A DNA stretch of 39,668 nt from Octopus sinensis (Eukaryota), in contig NW_021835530.1 in NCBI RefSeq assembly GCF_006345805.1, positions 1 to 39,668 on the forward strand, given 5' to 3'. The notes beneath the pieces are model-generated. The model was not told the origin of the DNA. It did no database searches and worked only from the letters and a program-made list of their open reading frames with translations. The stretch's first letter is position 1. Each line of letters starts with the position of its first letter. Positions 1 to 11,184 of the stretch are shown one piece after another. A program made the translations under genes and the position numbers.

Positions 1-278
1 CTAAGTTACGGGACTTAAACACACCAGCATCGGTTTGTCAAGCGATGTTGGAGGACAAACACAGATACACAGACACACTCATATATATATATATATATAA
101 TATATATATATATACGACGGGCTCCTTTCAATTTCCGTCTACCAAATCCACTCACACGGCTATGGTCGGCTCGAGGCTATAGTAGAAGACACTTACCAAA
201 GGTGCCACGCAGTGGGACTGAAGCCGGAACCATGTGGTTGGTAAGCAAGCTACTTACCACAGAGCCACTCATGCGCCT
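1..278 (-). mobile_element. tRNA-derived SINE, family A (CORE-like central region), 3' part runs off window start
   Basis: Minus strand begins AGGCGCATGAGTGGCTCTGTGG (A-box-like) then GGCTTCAGTCCC (B-box-like), a CORE-like CCTTTGGTAAGTGTCTTC and an internal (TA)n. Homologous to 12716-13098, 19583-20036 and 38454-38768. Confidence 0.85.
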
Positions 279-330
279 ATACATACATACATATATGCAT
301 ACATACATACAAGCATTCATACGTACGTAC

Positions 331-385
<55 letters not shown>

Positions 386-729
386 TACACATTCATACAT
401 ATATACACACATACACGCATACATAGACAGACAGACAGACATGGCGATAGACGGACAGTCAGGCGGAAGCATTATATATAATGTACAAAGAATGCCGTTG
501 ACAAGCAGGTCACTTGGTGCTGAAGGGACACCATTATTGTAATGGCGGATTGATTTCTGAAATCAATAGCCACGTCTCTGAGGTCTTTCCCTTTGGTCCT
601 GTCTGACATAGGAGTAAAAAATATTAGATAGTGATGTGGATGAGCGATAGTGTGAAGTTTTTGAGAATAGATGAATGAACGAATGAGTGTGTAAAGAATG
701 GAAATGGAGTGATATATCTGACAAAGAAT

Positions 730-1220
730 GTGGCGGTGGCAGCGATGGTAATAGTGGTGGTGGTGCTGCTGTTGTTGTTGTTTTTGATTGTGGTAGTCGT
801 GATAGTGGTGGTGGTGGTGGTGACGGTGACGATGGCAGTGGTGGCGATGGTGGTAGTGCTGGTAGTAGGGTTAATGCTGGTGCTGGTGTTGTTGCTGTTG
901 TTGTTGGTGGTGGTGATGTTGGGTGATGGCGATGGTTTTGGTGGTGGTGCAACTGCTGCTGCTGATGATGATGATGATCATGTTGGTTGTGTTGATGGTG
1001 GCAGCGGCGGTGGTTTGTGGTGGGGAGATGGTGGTGGTGGCGTTACTAATGCCGTAATGGTGGTGGGTCATGGGTATGGTGTTGGTGTTGCTACTGCTGC
1101 TGCTGCTGCTGAAGATGATGATCATGTTGGTTGTGTTGGTGGTGGCAGCGGCGCTGGTTTGTGGTGGGGAGATGGTGGTAGTGGCGTTACTGATGCCGTA
1201 ATGGTGGTGGTGATAATGGG
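730..1220. repeat. GGT/GAT/GCT triplet-rich low-complexity tract with a 144-bp internal tandem duplication
   Basis: GATCATGTTGGTTGTGTT...GCCGTAATGGTGGTG occurs at about 976 and again at about 1120. Confidence 0.85.
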
Positions 1221-1727
1221 ATTGAGAGAGAGAGAGACGGACAGACAGACAGAGAGGGTGGAATACTTTTCAATGAAACTGGTAATTGAAGAGACAAATA
1301 GAGAGGACAAGCGAAAGAGAAAAAATAGGACAAGTGAGAGTTAGAAAATTAGAGAAAAATGGAAGAGGAACAAAAGGAGGGGATAGAGCACATACAGTGT
1401 AAGGTGAAAATGACTATGAATATTGAGTAAATGAAAGACAGTGAGTTGGTGAGAGAGAGAAAGAGAGAGAGAGAAGAAAGGACATTGACTAAGGAAAAAG
1501 CGAGGGAGTGTCCGAAAGAGTGGGTGGGAGAAAGAGAGGGGGAGGAAGGACATTGTTTGAGGAAAAAGAGAGTGTGTGTGTATGTATGTGTGTGTGTGTG
1601 TATGTGTGTGTATGTGTGTAAGAGAGAAAAAATAAACCTGAGAAAAAATACGATGGATGGTACTGATAGGGAGTTGGAAAGTGGAAGAGAGGAGAAATAC
1701 AGAGGGAGATGTGAATGTGTGCATGTA

Positions 1728-1811
<84 letters not shown>

Positions 1812-1823
1812 ATATAGATAGAT

Positions 1824-1885
<62 letters not shown>

Positions 1886-1975
1886 TAGACAGATAGATAG
1901 ATAGACAGGCAGACAGACAGACAGACAAATAGATATGAAGGTATATATATATAAGATATAGATATAGATATAGAT

Positions 1976-2037
<62 letters not shown>

Positions 2038-2118
2038 TAGACAGACAGACAAAAGACAGATAGATACATAGACTGACAGACACACAGACGCTGATAGATA
2101 GATTGATTGATAGATAGC

Positions 2119-2193
<75 letters not shown>

Positions 2194-2200
2194 TTAGATA
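1728..2200. repeat. Compound (AGAT)n/(AGAC)n microsatellite
   Basis: Direct reading of the sequence. Confidence 0.97.
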
Positions 2201-2514
2201 GATTGAGAAAGAAAGGATAAGAAACTATGTGAAAGAGAGAAAGACAAAGGTAACAGACAGACAGAAAGGGAAAGGTTCGTATATCAACGAAACAAAACAC
2301 AAACAAAAAAAATGTCAAATACAAGAACGAAGAGTTAAAGAAAAGTAAAATAAATAAAACAATAAAACAAAAGACAAAGAAAAAACACTTCAGAAGTGGA
2401 ATAGTAAAATGGGAGGACTCAATAAGTGAAAGAAAGAAAGAAAAAGAATTAGAAAATGAAAGAGGCTGAGCAGAAGACAGGAAATGAAACAGAGATAAAG
2501 AATGAGTGGGAAGG

Positions 2515-2549
<35 letters not shown>

Positions 2550-2658
2550 AAACGAAAAGAAACTGAGAGAGCGGGTACACGAGTGAGATGGAATGATATG
2601 TTGGAAGAAATTGCGTTTGTATGTACGTGTGCTTGTGTATTTGTGCGTGGGTGTGTAT

Positions 2659-2709
<51 letters not shown>

Positions 2710-3155
2710 TGCGTATGACGCTGGTCAGAAGCTATTCAATGTTAACGTCGGCCATTCTTCTCACGATGACAGGTGAGAATGATCTGTCATCATCTCAGTA
2801 AGAAACCTTTCCCTAACGGCCAACAGTCAATGGGATGGCGAATGACATATCTTTTATATGCCACATCCTTACAAATGGCTCCCGATCACTTATCGTCTGC
2901 CACACAAGCTACACAACATTGAGCAACAATCAAATCGAACAAACCGGACAGACTCACTCCTTCTTACTTCCGCTCCCAGCATGCTTTCATTCTTTTTCTT
3001 TTCACACACACATCATTCCTCTCGTTTAGGAATCATTCTGGCACTTCTCTCCTCCCATACTTTTCTTCTATCACTCTTTTACTTCTATTCGTTCATAGAC
3101 ACACAATATATATAATATATAATACAATATACGATATATATATATGTGTGTGTGT

Positions 3156-3197
<42 letters not shown>

Positions 3198-3241
3198 GTG
3201 TGTGTCCGGGTGTGTGTGTGTATGGGTGTATATATACATAC

Positions 3242-3294
<53 letters not shown>

Positions 3295-3646
3295 GCATAC
3301 ATACATATATATGCATGTATACATACATACATACAGATACGTTGACGCTTATCTTATTCTCTCTGCGATACACGCACACAAACACACACACACACATACA
3401 CACACATACACACACACACATACACATACACACACACATACACACACACACACTCGTAATACCTACATACAAGCTGGACACTCAAATGCTGTCTCCCACT
3501 TTCTCTCTCTCTCCCTCTCTCCTTCTCTCTCTCTCTCTCTCTCCCTATTTATTCATACATACACACGCGCATAACTCACTCACTCACACACATGCACACA
3601 CATGCACACTCACACACACACACACAAGCACACACACTCACTCAAT

Positions 3647-3687
<41 letters not shown>

Positions 3688-3865
3688 GTTTATATATTCA
3701 CACATAGATGTACGCGCTTACATCCCAATAAAATATTTCACCATCACTCACACTCAGACTTTCATATTGCAAACGCATTCGTGCGCGCGCACGCACACAC
3801 GCACTATTTCTGTTACGGTCAGGCTGTTTGCCTGTCTATCTGCCTGTTTCTGTCAGACTTTCTCT

Positions 3866-3909
<44 letters not shown>

Positions 3910-4019
3910 TCCTCTCTCATCCTATGCAGCACGCTCTTCTTTCTATACATATTCAGAGAAACATCATACGGTCTTGGTGATAGCCATCACACACTCACAC
4001 TCTCTCTCACTTCCTCTCT

Positions 4020-4343
4020 CTTTTCTTCTCTCTCTGTTTCCCTCTCTATCCTCTCTCTTTTCCTCTCTCTCCCTTTCCCTCTCTGTCCTCTCTTTTTTCC
4101 TTTCTTTCCCTTTCTCTCTGTCCTCTCTCTCCCTTTCCCTCTCTGTCCTCTATTTTCCTCTCTCTCCCTTTCCCTCTCTGTCCTCTCTCTTTTCCTCTCT
4201 TTCCCTTTCCCTCTCTGTCCTCTCTCTTTTCCTCTCTCTCCCTTTCCCTCCCTGTACTCTCTCTTTTCCTCTCTCTTTCCCTTTCCCTCTCTGTCTTCTC
4301 TCTTTTCCTCTCTCTCCCTTTCTCTCTCTGTCCTTTCTCCCCC

Positions 4344-4376
<33 letters not shown>
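4020..4376. repeat. Polypyrimidine minisatellite, ~36-37 bp unit (CCTTTCCCTCTCTGTCCTCTCTCTTTTCCTCTCTC-like), about 8 copies
   Basis: Recurrent CCTTTCCCTCTCTGTC anchor at roughly 36-37 bp spacing. Confidence 0.8.
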
Positions 4377-4388
<12 letters not shown>

Positions 4389-4910
4389 TACACACATACA
4401 ATTCTTACTCTAATGGTCAAATTCTGTTTCTGTGTCGCTTACTTTCTTTCCCTCAAAGACAAAATTCCCTTCTTTCTCCCCCTCTCTCTCTCTCTCACAC
4501 ACATACGCACACGCACACACACACACTCATAAAAACATTACACATACACCCTCATGCACTCTCTGTATATGCCATGTACACATTCTCTCTTTCCTTGTTT
4601 CTCTCCTCTCTTTCCTAGCCCCTTTCCAATTCCCCTATATTTTCTTTCCCTGTCGTTGTAATATGTTGCTATATTGTCAAATGTCGGCGTAAAGCAGCGT
4701 GCAAAATGATTCAGTGTTATAGGTTTTATAACTTTACAGTTTCAGTTCAAATGTTGACCGGTCGATCTCATTTTTCATCTCTCTGGAGTTAGTTAAAACA
4801 CGTAACAATCCTGAGTAAATATATTTTCGTACAATGTTTTACTGTTATTATTTTTACATCCCTCATGCCAGAAACTGTTGTATTGGAAAGAATATTATTC
4901 TTACCGCTCT

Positions 4911-5110
4911 AAGGGGGTGAGCTGGCAGAATCGTTAGCGCGCCGAGCAAATTGCTCGGCGGTATTTCATCCGCCTTTACGTTCTAAGTTCAAATGCCGCC
5001 GAATTCGACTTCGTCTTTTATCCTTTCGTACTCGATAAAATAAAAACGAATTGACCACTGGGGTCGATGTAATCGACTTACCGACTTCTGCCAAAATCTA
5101 AAATATTATT
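4911..5110 (+). mobile_element. tRNA-derived SINE, family B (older copy)
   Basis: GAGCTGGCAGAATCGTTAGC head, AAGTTCAAATGCC B-box-like motif, CACTGGGGTCGATGTAATCGAC body shared with many copies in the window. Confidence 0.85.
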
Positions 5111-5124
5111 TCTACCTGCCTACA

Positions 5125-5170
5125 GCGGATAGCTGGTAGAAACATTAGAAACATCGGACGAAATGCTTAG
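5125..5170 (+). mobile_element. SINE family B 5' fragment directly preceding the 18-bp array
   Basis: GCGGATAGCTGGTAGAAACATTAGAAACATCGGACGAAATGCTTAG aligns to the first ~46 nt of family B. Confidence 0.7.
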
Positions 5171-6050
5171 AGGCAAGCTGGCAGAAGGCGGCAAGCTGGC
5201 AGAAGGCGGCAAGCTGGCAGAAGGCGGCAAGCTGGCAGAAGGCGGCAAGCTGGCAGAAGGCGGCAAGCTGGCAGAAGGCGGCAAGCTGGCAGAAGGCGGC
5301 AAGCTGGCAGAAGGCGGCAAGCTGGCAGAAGGCGGCAAGCTGGCAGAAGGCGGCAAGCTGGCAGAAGCGGCAAGCAGGCAAAGGCGGCAAGCTGGCAGAA
5401 GGCGGCAAGTGGTAGAAGGCGGCAAGCTGGTAGAGGCGCAAGCTGGCAAAGCGGCAAGCTGGCAGAAGGCGGCAAGCTGGCAGAAGGCGGCAAGCAGGCA
5501 GAAGGCGGCAAGCTGGCAGAAGGCGGCAACTGGTAGAAGGCGGCAAGCAGGCAGAAGGCGCAAGCTGGCAGAAGCGGAAGCTGGCAGAAGGCGGCAAGCA
5601 GGCAGAAGGCGGCAAGCTGGCAGAAGGCGGCAAGCTGGCAGAAGGCGGCAAGCAGGCAGAAGGCGGCAAGCTGGCAGAAGGCGGCAAGCTGGCAGAAGGC
5701 GGCAAGCAGAGAAAGGCAGCAAGCTGGCAGAAGGCGGCAAGCTGGCAGAAGGCGGCAAGCTGGCAGAAGGCGGCAGCTGGCAGAAGGCGGCAAGCTGGCA
5801 GAAGGCGCAGCTGGCAGAAGCGGCAAGCTGGCGAAGGCGGCAAGCTGGCAGAAGGCGGCAAGCTGGCAGAAGGCGGCAAGCTGGCAGAAGGCGGCAAGCA
5901 GGCAGAAGGCGGCAAGCTGGCAGAAGGCGGCAAGCTGGCAGAAGGCGGCAAGCTGGCAGAAGGCGGCAAGCTGGCAGAAGGCGGCAAGCTGGCAGAAGGC
6001 GGCAAGCTGGCAGAAGGCGGCAAGCAGGCAGAAGGCGGCAAGCTGGCAGA
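5171..6050 (+). repeat. Minisatellite of an 18-bp unit (AGGCGGCAAGCTGGCAGA), about 49 copies, derived from the SINE B 5' terminus
   Basis: The unit is read directly; the last unit continues without a break into AACGTTAGCGCACCGGGCGAAATG of a full SINE. Confidence 0.95.
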
Positions 6051-6264
6051 AACGTTAGCGCACCGGGCGAAATGCTTAGCAGTATTTCGTCTGCCGCCAC
6101 GTTCTGAGTTCAAATTCCGCCGAGGTCGACTTTGCCTTTCATCTTTTCGAGGTCGATTAAATAAGTACCAGTTACGCACTGGAGTCGATATAATCGACTT
6201 AATCCGTTTGTCTGTCCTTGTTTGTCCTCTCTATGTTTAGCCCCTTGTGGGTAATAAAGAAATA
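6033..6264 (+). mobile_element. SINE family B, young subfamily with GTTTAGCCCCTTGTGGGTAATAAAGAAATA tail
   Basis: A-box-like TGGCAGAAACG, B-box-like GAGTTCAAATTCC; nearly the same as 20994-21207. Confidence 0.92.
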
Positions 6265-6481
6265 GGTATTTCGTCTGTCTTTACGTTCTGAATTCAAATT
6301 CCACCGGGGTCGATAAATTAAGTACCAGTTGCGTACTGAGGTCGATCTAAATTTCGGGCTTTGTGCCTAAAGTAGAAAAGAATCGTTAGCGCACCGTGCA
6401 AAGTGTTTAACGGCATTTCATCCGTCTTTGTTCTGACTTCAAATTCCGCTGGGGTCGACTTTGCCTTTCATCCTTCGAGAC
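6265..6481 (+). mobile_element. Two tandem partial SINE B copies
   Basis: GGTATTTCGTCTGTCTTTACGTTCTGAATTCAAATTCC (6265-6378) and AGAATCGTTAGCGCACCG...TTCATCCTTCGAG (6379-6481). Confidence 0.8.
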
Positions 6482-6761
6482 TCCTAATCTTTTTTATCTG
6501 AGTTAGAAAATAATATAGCTGTAAAATATTACAGACTCTCAAGAAAAATCGACTCTCAGACTAAGAATTGGAAAGGTGTTTGCAAGTCATTTTTTAATGT
6601 CAATTCACCTCTTAGCTCTCCAGCTCGCTTTTCAATACAATATCATAGTAATTAAAAACGTTATGTGGATTATTAACACACTATTCTATTTTTTTCTTGT
6701 GTGTGTGTGTGTGTGTGTGTTATGGTAAACATTAAAAATTTGTTAATATAAAAGATAACGC

Positions 6762-6964
6762 AAGGCGGAAAGCTGGCAGAACCGTTGGCACGCCGGGCAA
6801 AAGTGCTTAACGGCATTTCATCCATTCTGGGTTCAAATTCGATTTTGCCTTTCATCTTTCCGGGGTCGATAAAATAAGTACCAGTCGAGCACTGGGATCG
6901 ATGTAGCAGATTTATCTCCTCCCCCAGAATTGTTGATCTTGTGCCAAAATGTGAAACCAATATG
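6762..6964 (+). mobile_element. SINE family B
   Basis: AAGGCGGAAAGCTGGCAGAACCGTTGGCACG head, GTGCCAAAATGTGAAACC tail. Confidence 0.85.
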
Positions 6965-6975
6965 AAAAATAACGT

Positions 6976-7195
6976 AAGGCGGCGAGCTGATAGAATCGTT
7001 AACACGTCGGGGAAAATTCTCAGCGGCATTTCGTTCGTCTATACGTTCTGAGTTCAAATTCCGTCGAGGACGATTTTGCCTTTTATCCTTTCGAGGTCGA
7101 TAAAATATTTACAAGTTGAGCACTGGGGTCGATGTAATTGACTTTCCTCCTCCTCCCAAACCTGCTGGCCTTGTGCCAAAATTTGAAACCGATAT
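6976..7195 (+). mobile_element. SINE family B
   Basis: AAGGCGGCGAGCTGATAGAATCG head, GAGTTCAAATTCC B-box, GTGCCAAAATTTGAAACC tail. Confidence 0.88.
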
Positions 7196-7269
7196 AGTGC
7201 ATTTGATATTTAGCTAAATCTCTGTTTCAACTATAGTAAAATGTGGGGGAAAATGTTTAATTTGTAAAG

Positions 7270-7457
7270 TTTCAGTTCTATATTTAAGAGATGAGGAAAT
7301 GTGTACATTATTTACATTATTTACATTTGACGGATATTTGTCCTCATCTTGTTTGTTGTTAACACAACATTTCAGCTGATATATCCTCCAGCCTCCTTCA
7401 GGTGTCTTGGGGAAATTTCGAACCAGTGTTCTCATTCCTAAGGTATTTTTCGATGTT
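7270..7457 (-). mobile_element. Short non-coding element with hammerhead-like motif (Penelope pLTR-like), family H1
   Basis: Homologous (~88% by my manual count) to 8991-9144 in the opposite orientation; left boundary uncertain. Confidence 0.7.
7361..7406 (-). ncRNA. Degenerate type I hammerhead ribozyme
   Basis: Minus strand GACAC-CTGAAGG-AGGCTGGAGGATATATCAGCT-GAAATGT-T-GTGTT; A9>G and a stem III change relative to the canonical fold. Confidence 0.6.
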
Positions 7458-7499
7458 GTTGTTGTTGTTGTGTTGTTGTTCTTCTTCTTCTTCTTCTTC

Positions 7500-7547
<48 letters not shown>

Positions 7548-7548
7548 T

Positions 7549-7579
<31 letters not shown>

Positions 7580-7583
7580 TATT

Positions 7584-7616
<33 letters not shown>

Positions 7617-7661
7617 ATTATTATTATTATTACAATTATTATTATTATTATTATTATTATT

Positions 7662-8884
7662 ACTTTTTTTTTCTTCTTTCAAATTTTCTTCCATTTCTTG
7701 CCGAGTATCTTCCCGACTCCTAGGGCAAAGAAACTCATAGTGTATATTGGTAGGCCATTAAACCAAACTCAGTAGTTCGTTCATTTTTTTTTTTTTTTAA
7801 GTTAAATTAAAATACATGAGCAGCAACAGTTCTCACATCGACAATGCTCTTCTCAATACGTGTGATGTACCAGTTAAGACAATCTTTTGCACTTCTTGCA
7901 GGGATGGTAAGCCAGGGATCATTCTCATATAATTTTCGGTTCCCTTCTTGATCATTCCTAGTGCTCCTACGATCACTGGTATTGTAACCGCCTCGAGATG
8001 CCACATTTTCTCATTTCAATGAGTAGGTCTTTATATTTTCTGAGCTTGTCAAACTCTTTCCTGAGATATTATGATCACAGGGGATGCTCATGTCGATCAA
8101 TAAGCAAACTTTATTGTTTTGGTCTTTCACAACAATATCTGGTTTATTGGCCTTGATGGTTCGTCTGTATGTACTGGAAAGTCCCACAGAATCGTTACAT
8201 TTTCTCCTTCAGTTACAGCCTCAGGGTGGTGATTATACCACTTGTCGGCAGTTTTGATATTGTAATGCCGACTTATTAGCCAGTGGAGATATTGGCCAAC
8301 TCTGTCATGTCTTAATTTATACTCCACTGGTGCTAAGACTTTACATCCAGAGATTAGGTGGTCCACTGTTTCAATCATGTCGTTGCAGAATCGGCATTTT
8401 GGGTCTGCTCCATTTTTCATCACATTGGCCTGGTAGTTCCGGGTTAATAGGCTTTGGTCTTGAGCAGCCAGGATGAAACCTTCGCTCTCTGCTTTTAGCC
8501 CTGAGCTCCGCAGCCACTGATGGGTTTGCTTCTGGTCAACATCAGCTTGTTTGCTGCGGGTCACATATTTGCCGTGCAGAGGTTTCTCCTCCCACCTATC
8601 AGCCAATTGCTCGTGCGCTTTTTTCATTGCCATCATTTTCACCTTCTTTGCAACAATAGTTGCCGTACTTCCCTCGGGTTGTTCAGTTTGGGTATCCTGC
8701 ACGAGATCAATAGCAAATTTTTTGCTTTCCTTGATGATAGAATGAAGCTTCTTTCGTCTCTCGTGATTTTCCACGAGCTTTAGCATCCAGTCATTCGATA
8801 TTTCGAGATATTTGGCCAGTCCAATTGTGGTTGTTTTGTAAGCTCGAGATATTTGGCCAGTCCAATTGTGGTTGTTTTGTAAGC
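7662..8884 (-). mobile_element. R4/Dong-clade non-LTR retrotransposon family F1, 5'-truncated, in (TAA)n
   Basis: Translation HQWLRSSGLKAESEGFILAAQDQSLLTRNY, CCHC knuckle CRFCNDMIETVDHLISGC, RLE KPDIVVKDQ...LIDMSIP..EFDKLRKY; stop at 7833-7835; flanked by (TAT)n. Confidence 0.93.
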
Positions 8885-8982
<98 letters not shown>

Positions 8983-8990
8983 GTTATTAA

Positions 8991-9144
8991 AACATCGAAA
9001 AATACCTTAGGAATAAGAACCCAGGTTCGAAATTTTCCGAAGGCATCTGAAGAAGGCTGGAGGGTATACCAACCGAAACGCTTTGCTAACAACAAACAAG
9101 ATGAGGGCAAATATCCGTCGAATGTAAATAATGTAAATAAATGT
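8991..9144 (+). mobile_element. Family H1 hammerhead-bearing element, second copy
   Basis: Starts AACATCGAAAAATACC like 7457 (minus); motif GGCAT-CTGAAGA-AGGCTGGAGGGTATACCAACC-GAAACGC-T at 9042-9087. Confidence 0.7.
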
Positions 9145-9765
9145 AGAGTTTCGACCTTATTTTGTCTTGATCGAGAATCCTTATGAGGGAATGAGTTCTA
9201 AGTATGACCATTCCGTTTTAGTTATTGAAATTACAATGTCTCTAAGACTAAAATATTATTTCGATTGTCTTTCTTCCCTGATCAGACAATAGTCCTCTCC
9301 TAACCGATGTCCAGCTATGGAATATATGAGAGAGCTGCTAACACATCTGAGCAACATAGTTCTTACTCTCACACATACACAACCCCCCTCCACACACACA
9401 CACACACATGCACGCACGCATTCACACACACCCAAAAGAAGGTAATTCACCTGAATTACAATCATTGACTTTTCCAATACAGCTGACAAAAACACCAGTT
9501 TTTCTCCCTGCTTTATCTCCCGTTACTGTAGAAATTGACCGGAAATTAAAGCATTCAGTGATTTTCTCTTCTGTGAAGGGAACATTGCTTTTATTTTTCA
9601 ATAGATACTGTTTCCTTGGCCAAATGTTAAATTTCTATTATATATTTTACCCCCAAACCTATTTAAATTTAGGTACATCTCATACATTTTGCAGCCCTTA
9701 CTGTTTTATATTGTATATCTATGGAATCGTGTGGCCAAGTTCACTCGGTAGAGCATCGGAATTCT

Positions 9766-10350
9766 AAAGGCTGTGTGCTGATAGAATCGTTAGCACGCCG
9801 AACAACGTGCTTAGCGGCATTTACTCCATCTCTTTATTCAACCGAGGTCGACTTTGTCTTTCATCCATTCGGTGTAGATGAAAATAAATAGCAGTTGACA
9901 ATTGAGGTCGATGCAATCACCTAATACCGCCCCTAAAATTTCAAGCTTTCTACCTATAGCAGAAAGGACTATTGTGGTTGTTGTTAAGGCGGCGAGCTGG
10001 CAGAATCGTTAGCACGGCGGGCAGTATATTTAGCGGCATTTCGTCCGTCTTTACGTTCTGAGTTCAAATTCCCCAAGGTCGACTTTGCCTTCCTTTTACC
10101 CTCTGGGATCGATAAAAGAAATATCAGTCAAGTACTGGAGTCGATTTAATCAACTTACACCTTCCTCCGAAATTGCTGGCCTTGTGCCAAAATTTGAAAC
10201 TATTATTATCATAGCATTCTGCCAAGGTCGACTTTACAATTCATCCTTTCTCGGTCGACAAAATAAGTACCAGTCGAGTTCTGAGGTCGATGTAATCGAG
10301 TTAATCCTTCCCCCGAAGATGCTGACTTGGTGCCAAAATATGAAACCATT
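9766..10350 (+). mobile_element. Cluster of three tandem SINE B copies (9766-9975, 9986-10209, 10213-10350)
   Basis: Repeated heads and bodies; the last copy ends GTGCCAAAATATGAAACC followed by an (ATT)n tail. Confidence 0.88.
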
Positions 10351-10375
10351 ATTATTATTGTTGTTATTGTTGCTG

Positions 10376-10438
<63 letters not shown>

Positions 10439-10442
10439 TATT

Positions 10443-10990
10443 GAGTGAGGGAGCAGTGCATACCATCAAAGTGACACTGGGGTAAAATATACGAAGTCCA
10501 GTATATCCATCATGACTACCCGTCTGATAAGTGTACACCAGGCACATGCATCATAACCATAAATGCGCGATATAGTAATCTCATATCAAGATAAACAGCG
10601 CATGACCTTGCAGGTGGGTCACAGTCAGAATTTTCTTCAGGTTGAGTAGCCCATCTCGCTAAAAAGGTTCCTGAATTAGGTTTATTTAAGGATGATGAAA
10701 AAAAACACCTATGTTTCCAAAGGTTAATTATCCAAACCCCAAAGAATTCCTCTCAACACATGCTTCCCCACTACATCTGCTCCTGGTCAGAGATGCACAT
10801 ATCGTCAGCCACTAAGGGACATGCTCAACTGGTTAAGGTCAAACAAATGACAAGCAAATCTGTGGTACTGAGCAGAATATTTGCTGTAACACATTTTTTA
10901 TACCAAGACAAAACAATATACATGATAACACATCCAATCAGTTCAGACCCGAAGCCATGAGAGCTACTATCTGGTACTGCATCAGGCATT
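10443..10990 (-). mobile_element. Unclassified ~550-bp non-coding insertion bounded by (TAT)n on both sides
   Basis: Sharp boundaries against microsatellite, no meaningful ORF. The strand is assumed from the (AAT)n-sense rule of neighbouring Dong copies. Confidence 0.55.
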
Positions 10991-11017
10991 ATTATCATTA
11001 TTATTATTATTATTATT

Positions 11018-11111
11018 ATTTTATGTTTGACGTTTGGTTTACATTTGTACAAGTTGGCTCCAAGTCTCACCCAGAGACCTCAAGAGACAAGAATTTGGAA
11101 GTTCATGTTGG

Positions 11112-11116
<5 letters not shown>
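11018..11116 (-). mobile_element. Dong family F2, 3' UTR fragment
   Basis: Reverse complement matches 23170-23270 and 31960-32060 (TCTTGAGGTCTCTGGGTGAGACTTGGAGCCAACTTGTACAAATG). Confidence 0.85.

Positions 11117-11180
<64 letters not shown>

Positions 11181-11184
<4 letters not shown>

Noticed and set aside
709-1344. 211-aa hydrophobic/Gly-rich ORF and overlapping Pro/His-rich ORFs
   Set aside because: Triplet-repeat low complexity; no domain or splice structure.
2754-2790. Overlapping stems TTCTCAC/GTGAGAA and GATGACAG/CTGTCATC (pseudoknot-like)
   Set aside because: Zero-length loop 1 and short stems; likely chance.
1341-4618. Many long ORFs (YLSI, HTHT, SLSL repeats)
   Set aside because: Microsatellite translations; the same applies to 14500-18200 and 33200-36700.
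5171-6050. CRISPR-like or telomeric array
   Set aside because: No spacers, eukaryotic context, and the unit is a SINE head rather than TTAGGG.
5120-6179. 300+ aa ORFs on both strands (GKLAEG, LPACRL repeats)
   Set aside because: They are translations of the 18-bp array, which happens to lack stop codons; no evidence of coding.
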